A stretch of 35,595 bases of DNA, from the NCBI GenBank assembly GCA_947586655.1, contig CANPXR010000002.1, positions 1 through 35,595 on the forward strand. Direction: 5' to 3'. A program made the translations under genes and the position numbers. Positions 34,171-35,595 of the stretch are shown one piece after another. Under the pieces are notes generated by a model. It was not told the DNA's origin. It ran no database searches and worked only from the letters and a program-made list of their open reading frames with translations. Source of the DNA: an uncultured Bacilli bacterium. Lineage in GTDB: Bacteria; Bacillota_I; Bacilli_A; RF39; UBA660. How positions within the stretch are numbered: the first letter of the stretch is position 1; every line of letters begins with the position of its first letter.

Positions 34171-34674
34171 ATGCTAGAAAAAAATATCGGCGAAGTTATT
34201 GCTGAAGCTAGAGAAAAGAAAGGTTTATCGCAAAGACAACTTGCGAAACTTGCAAAGATTAATAACTCTGAACTTTCTAAAATAGAATCAGGTATAAGAA
34301 AAGATCCTAGTCCTAAAATATTAAGAAAGATAAGTAATATAATAGATGTTAATTATAGTGACTTAATGTATATGATAGGTTTAGGATTAGAAGTGACACA
34401 ACTTAATTATTTTGTTAAGAGTCATTATGCTAGTTTAAATCTAGAACAATTAGATACTGCTGAAATAAATGTTTTAGGAAGTATAGAAAATTCTGAAAGT
34501 ATAGTTTCTACATGTAAAAAAGAATTAGAAAAAGATGATTTACCAGAAGAACAAAAAGAGTTATTAATACATACTATCGAAGATCATACATATCAAATTA
34601 ATTCATCAAAAGAAATAATCAAACTTATTCAAAGTTTAAAAGTAAAGGGGAGAAATAAAAATGCTAAAAAGTAA
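34171..34674 (+). CDS. XRE-family HTH repressor-like protein with non-peptidase C-terminal domain
   Basis: IGEVIAEAREKKGLSQRQLAKLAKINNSELSKIESGIRKDPSPKILRKIS is a classic HTH_3. The C-terminal ~95 aa are helical with no S24 Ser/Lys motif visible. Confidence 0.85.
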   Translation: MLEKNIGEVIAEAREKKGLSQRQLAKLAKINNSELSKIESGIRKDPSPKILRKISNIIDVNYSDLMYMIGLGLEVTQLNYFVKSHYASLNLEQLDTAEINVLGSIENSESIVSTCKKELEKDDLPEEQKELLIHTIEDHTYQINSSKEIIKLIQSLKVKGRNKNAKK

Positions 34675-35089
34675 TATAATTAAAAAATTATTAGTAGTAG
34701 TGAATTTTATTGTAGGATTATTTTTAATACTAACTATCATATTTAATAATAAACTTACTTATTCTTTATATTGGATTTTAATTCCTATTTTAATATTTTT
34801 AATTGTAATGTTTATATATGAGGTAGATAAAGGGTTAATTGAAATAAATCAAAACGAGGGCAAGTCAATTAGAAGATCATATAATGATATAACAGTTGTA
34901 TCTACTGTATTCTATGGATTAATATATTTAGGAATAGAGTTTATTGATATGATAAATAGTGATGTTAGAAATAATATTTATTTAGTATGTGGTTTCTTTG
35001 CAATTACACTTTTATATGAATTATTTGTATTCATGGCAATTAAGAGTGCTAAAAAAGAAACATCGGAATTACTAAATAAGAAAAAATAA
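34661..35089 (+). CDS. Small 4-TM membrane protein co-transcribed with the repressor
   Basis: 142 aa with four hydrophobic segments. It overlaps the XRE gene by 14 nt. A branched hairpin + T-run at ~35139-35187 follows. Confidence 0.5.
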   Translation: MLKSNIIKKLLVVVNFIVGLFLILTIIFNNKLTYSLYWILIPILIFLIVMFIYEVDKGLIEINQNEGKSIRRSYNDITVVSTVFYGLIYLGIEFIDMINSDVRNNIYLVCGFFAITLLYELFVFMAIKSAKKETSELLNKKK

Positions 35090-35278
35090 ATTTATGAAGT
35101 AAATTTATAATCCTTACTTTTGCATAGCAAAAGAAAAAAATAACCTTTTACCCTTTCGTTAGATTAGGTATTAGGTTATTTTTATTTAAAGAATACGTGG
35201 CACGTTTTGTTGCTTTAGCAATGAAAGTGGCGATAGTATTCTTTCTTTTTTATGTAGTCGCAAGACAAAATAAAAAAG

Positions 35279-35458
35279 AGCAACATTCACTTACGATAGT
35301 TTGTGAAATGTTGCTTATTGGGTTTCAAAAGGGTGTCCCTTTGCACACTATTCCTAGTTGGCAAAATGCCGACTTGGTAGTGTGTTACTATCTTGTCTTA
35401 AAGATAGTCTTTCACGAAAATCCATTAGTTATGTAATTTCTTTTGGATTTTCGTTTTC
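35279..35458 (+). ncRNA. Candidate structured RNA (five consecutive hairpins, last one terminator-like); class unknown
   Basis: The hairpins are: AGCAACATTCAC/GTGAAATGTTGCT (35279-35315); AAAGGG-TGT-CCCTTT (35328-35342); CACACTA..CCTAGTTGGC-AAAAT-GCCGACTTGG-TAGTGTG (35344-35384); ACTATCT/AGATAGT (35387-35408); and CGAAAATCCA/TGGATTTTCG + TTTTC (35415-35458). The region is locally more G+C-rich than its flanks. Confidence 0.35.
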
Positions 35459-35595
35459 AATAGGTTTTGATTTTTATATTTAATTTATTCAGAATATCTT
35501 AATATTACGATTTAATCGATAAATTGTAATTTGTACTAATAATTTTCTTTGTTTATTATACTTAATAAAGAATAAAAAGTCATTAATAAACCACT

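Larger units (their letters stand above)
30666..35595. mobile_element. Phage-like gene-intervening element inserted in spoIVA (left end only; continues beyond the window)
   Basis: The junction with the spoIVA fragment is at ~30666. A large serine recombinase gene sits at the end, followed by phage-type regulatory and replication-like genes and a repressor switch. No spoIVA 5' half appears before 35595. Confidence 0.8.

Noticed and set aside
35197-35436. 79-aa ORF as a protein-coding gene.
   Set aside because: It starts at GTG with no visible SD and has an odd composition. It coincides with a run of stable hairpins and is better explained as non-coding structured RNA, though neither interpretation is proven.
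1-35595. CRISPR arrays, rRNA genes, IS elements/transposases and tyrosine integrases.
   Set aside because: I saw no regularly spaced direct repeats, no rRNA-like conserved blocks, and no DDE transposase or tyrosine-recombinase-like ORFs. The only recombinase is the large serine recombinase at 30735-32321.

Overview
This is a low-GC, clostridial-type spore-former chromosome segment, and almost all real genes lie on the minus strand. It has four parts.

(1) 1-1370: a two-gene toxin-antitoxin-like module. An MqsR-like toxin is followed by an antitoxin that fuses an MqsA-type zinc ribbon/HTH to a DUF4065 ('Panacea'/SocA) domain. The antitoxin runs off the left edge and is absent from the supplied ORF track.

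(2) 1425-26855: a ~25 kb cell-envelope glycopolymer locus exported by an ABC transporter (TagG/TagH-like).
- Sugar-nucleotide modules cover a dTDP-3-acetamido-3,6-dideoxyhexose (rmlA, rmlB, FdtA/QdtA-like isomerase, DegT aminotransferase, GNAT), UDP-L-FucNAc (CapE/F/G = FnlA/B/C-like) and a CMP-ulosonic acid (KdsB-type cytidylyltransferase).
- There are eight GT2/GT4 glycosyltransferase genes (seven GT2-type, one GT4) plus a GT-A-like orphan.
- A GacI/GacJ-like lipid-linked-sugar pair and two paralogous ~620-aa polytopic membrane proteins are also present.
- No initiating phosphoglycosyltransferase, rmlC/rmlD or kdsA/neuB is visible.

(3) 26860-29550: an orphan Cys-rich ORF, an unusually long ~900 bp non-coding stretch with a tRNA-like 3' fragment, and a wHTH-metallophosphoesterase gene.

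(4) 29551-35595: the most striking feature. The sporulation gene spoIVA is present only as its 3' ~371 codons. Homology stops inside the conserved TPWY motif, exactly at a 14-bp palindrome (TCATAC-CA-GTATGA). A large serine recombinase gene ends 65 bp beyond it, heading a phage-like element that continues past the right edge. The element carries a small ORF coupled to the recombinase, an SSB-like OB-fold protein, two paralogous wHTH proteins, a divergent repressor-type promoter/operator region, an XRE repressor, a small membrane protein and a structured non-coding region.

I read this as a skin/SPbeta-style gene-intervening element splitting spoIVA. All family calls come from motif recognition by eye, with no database search.
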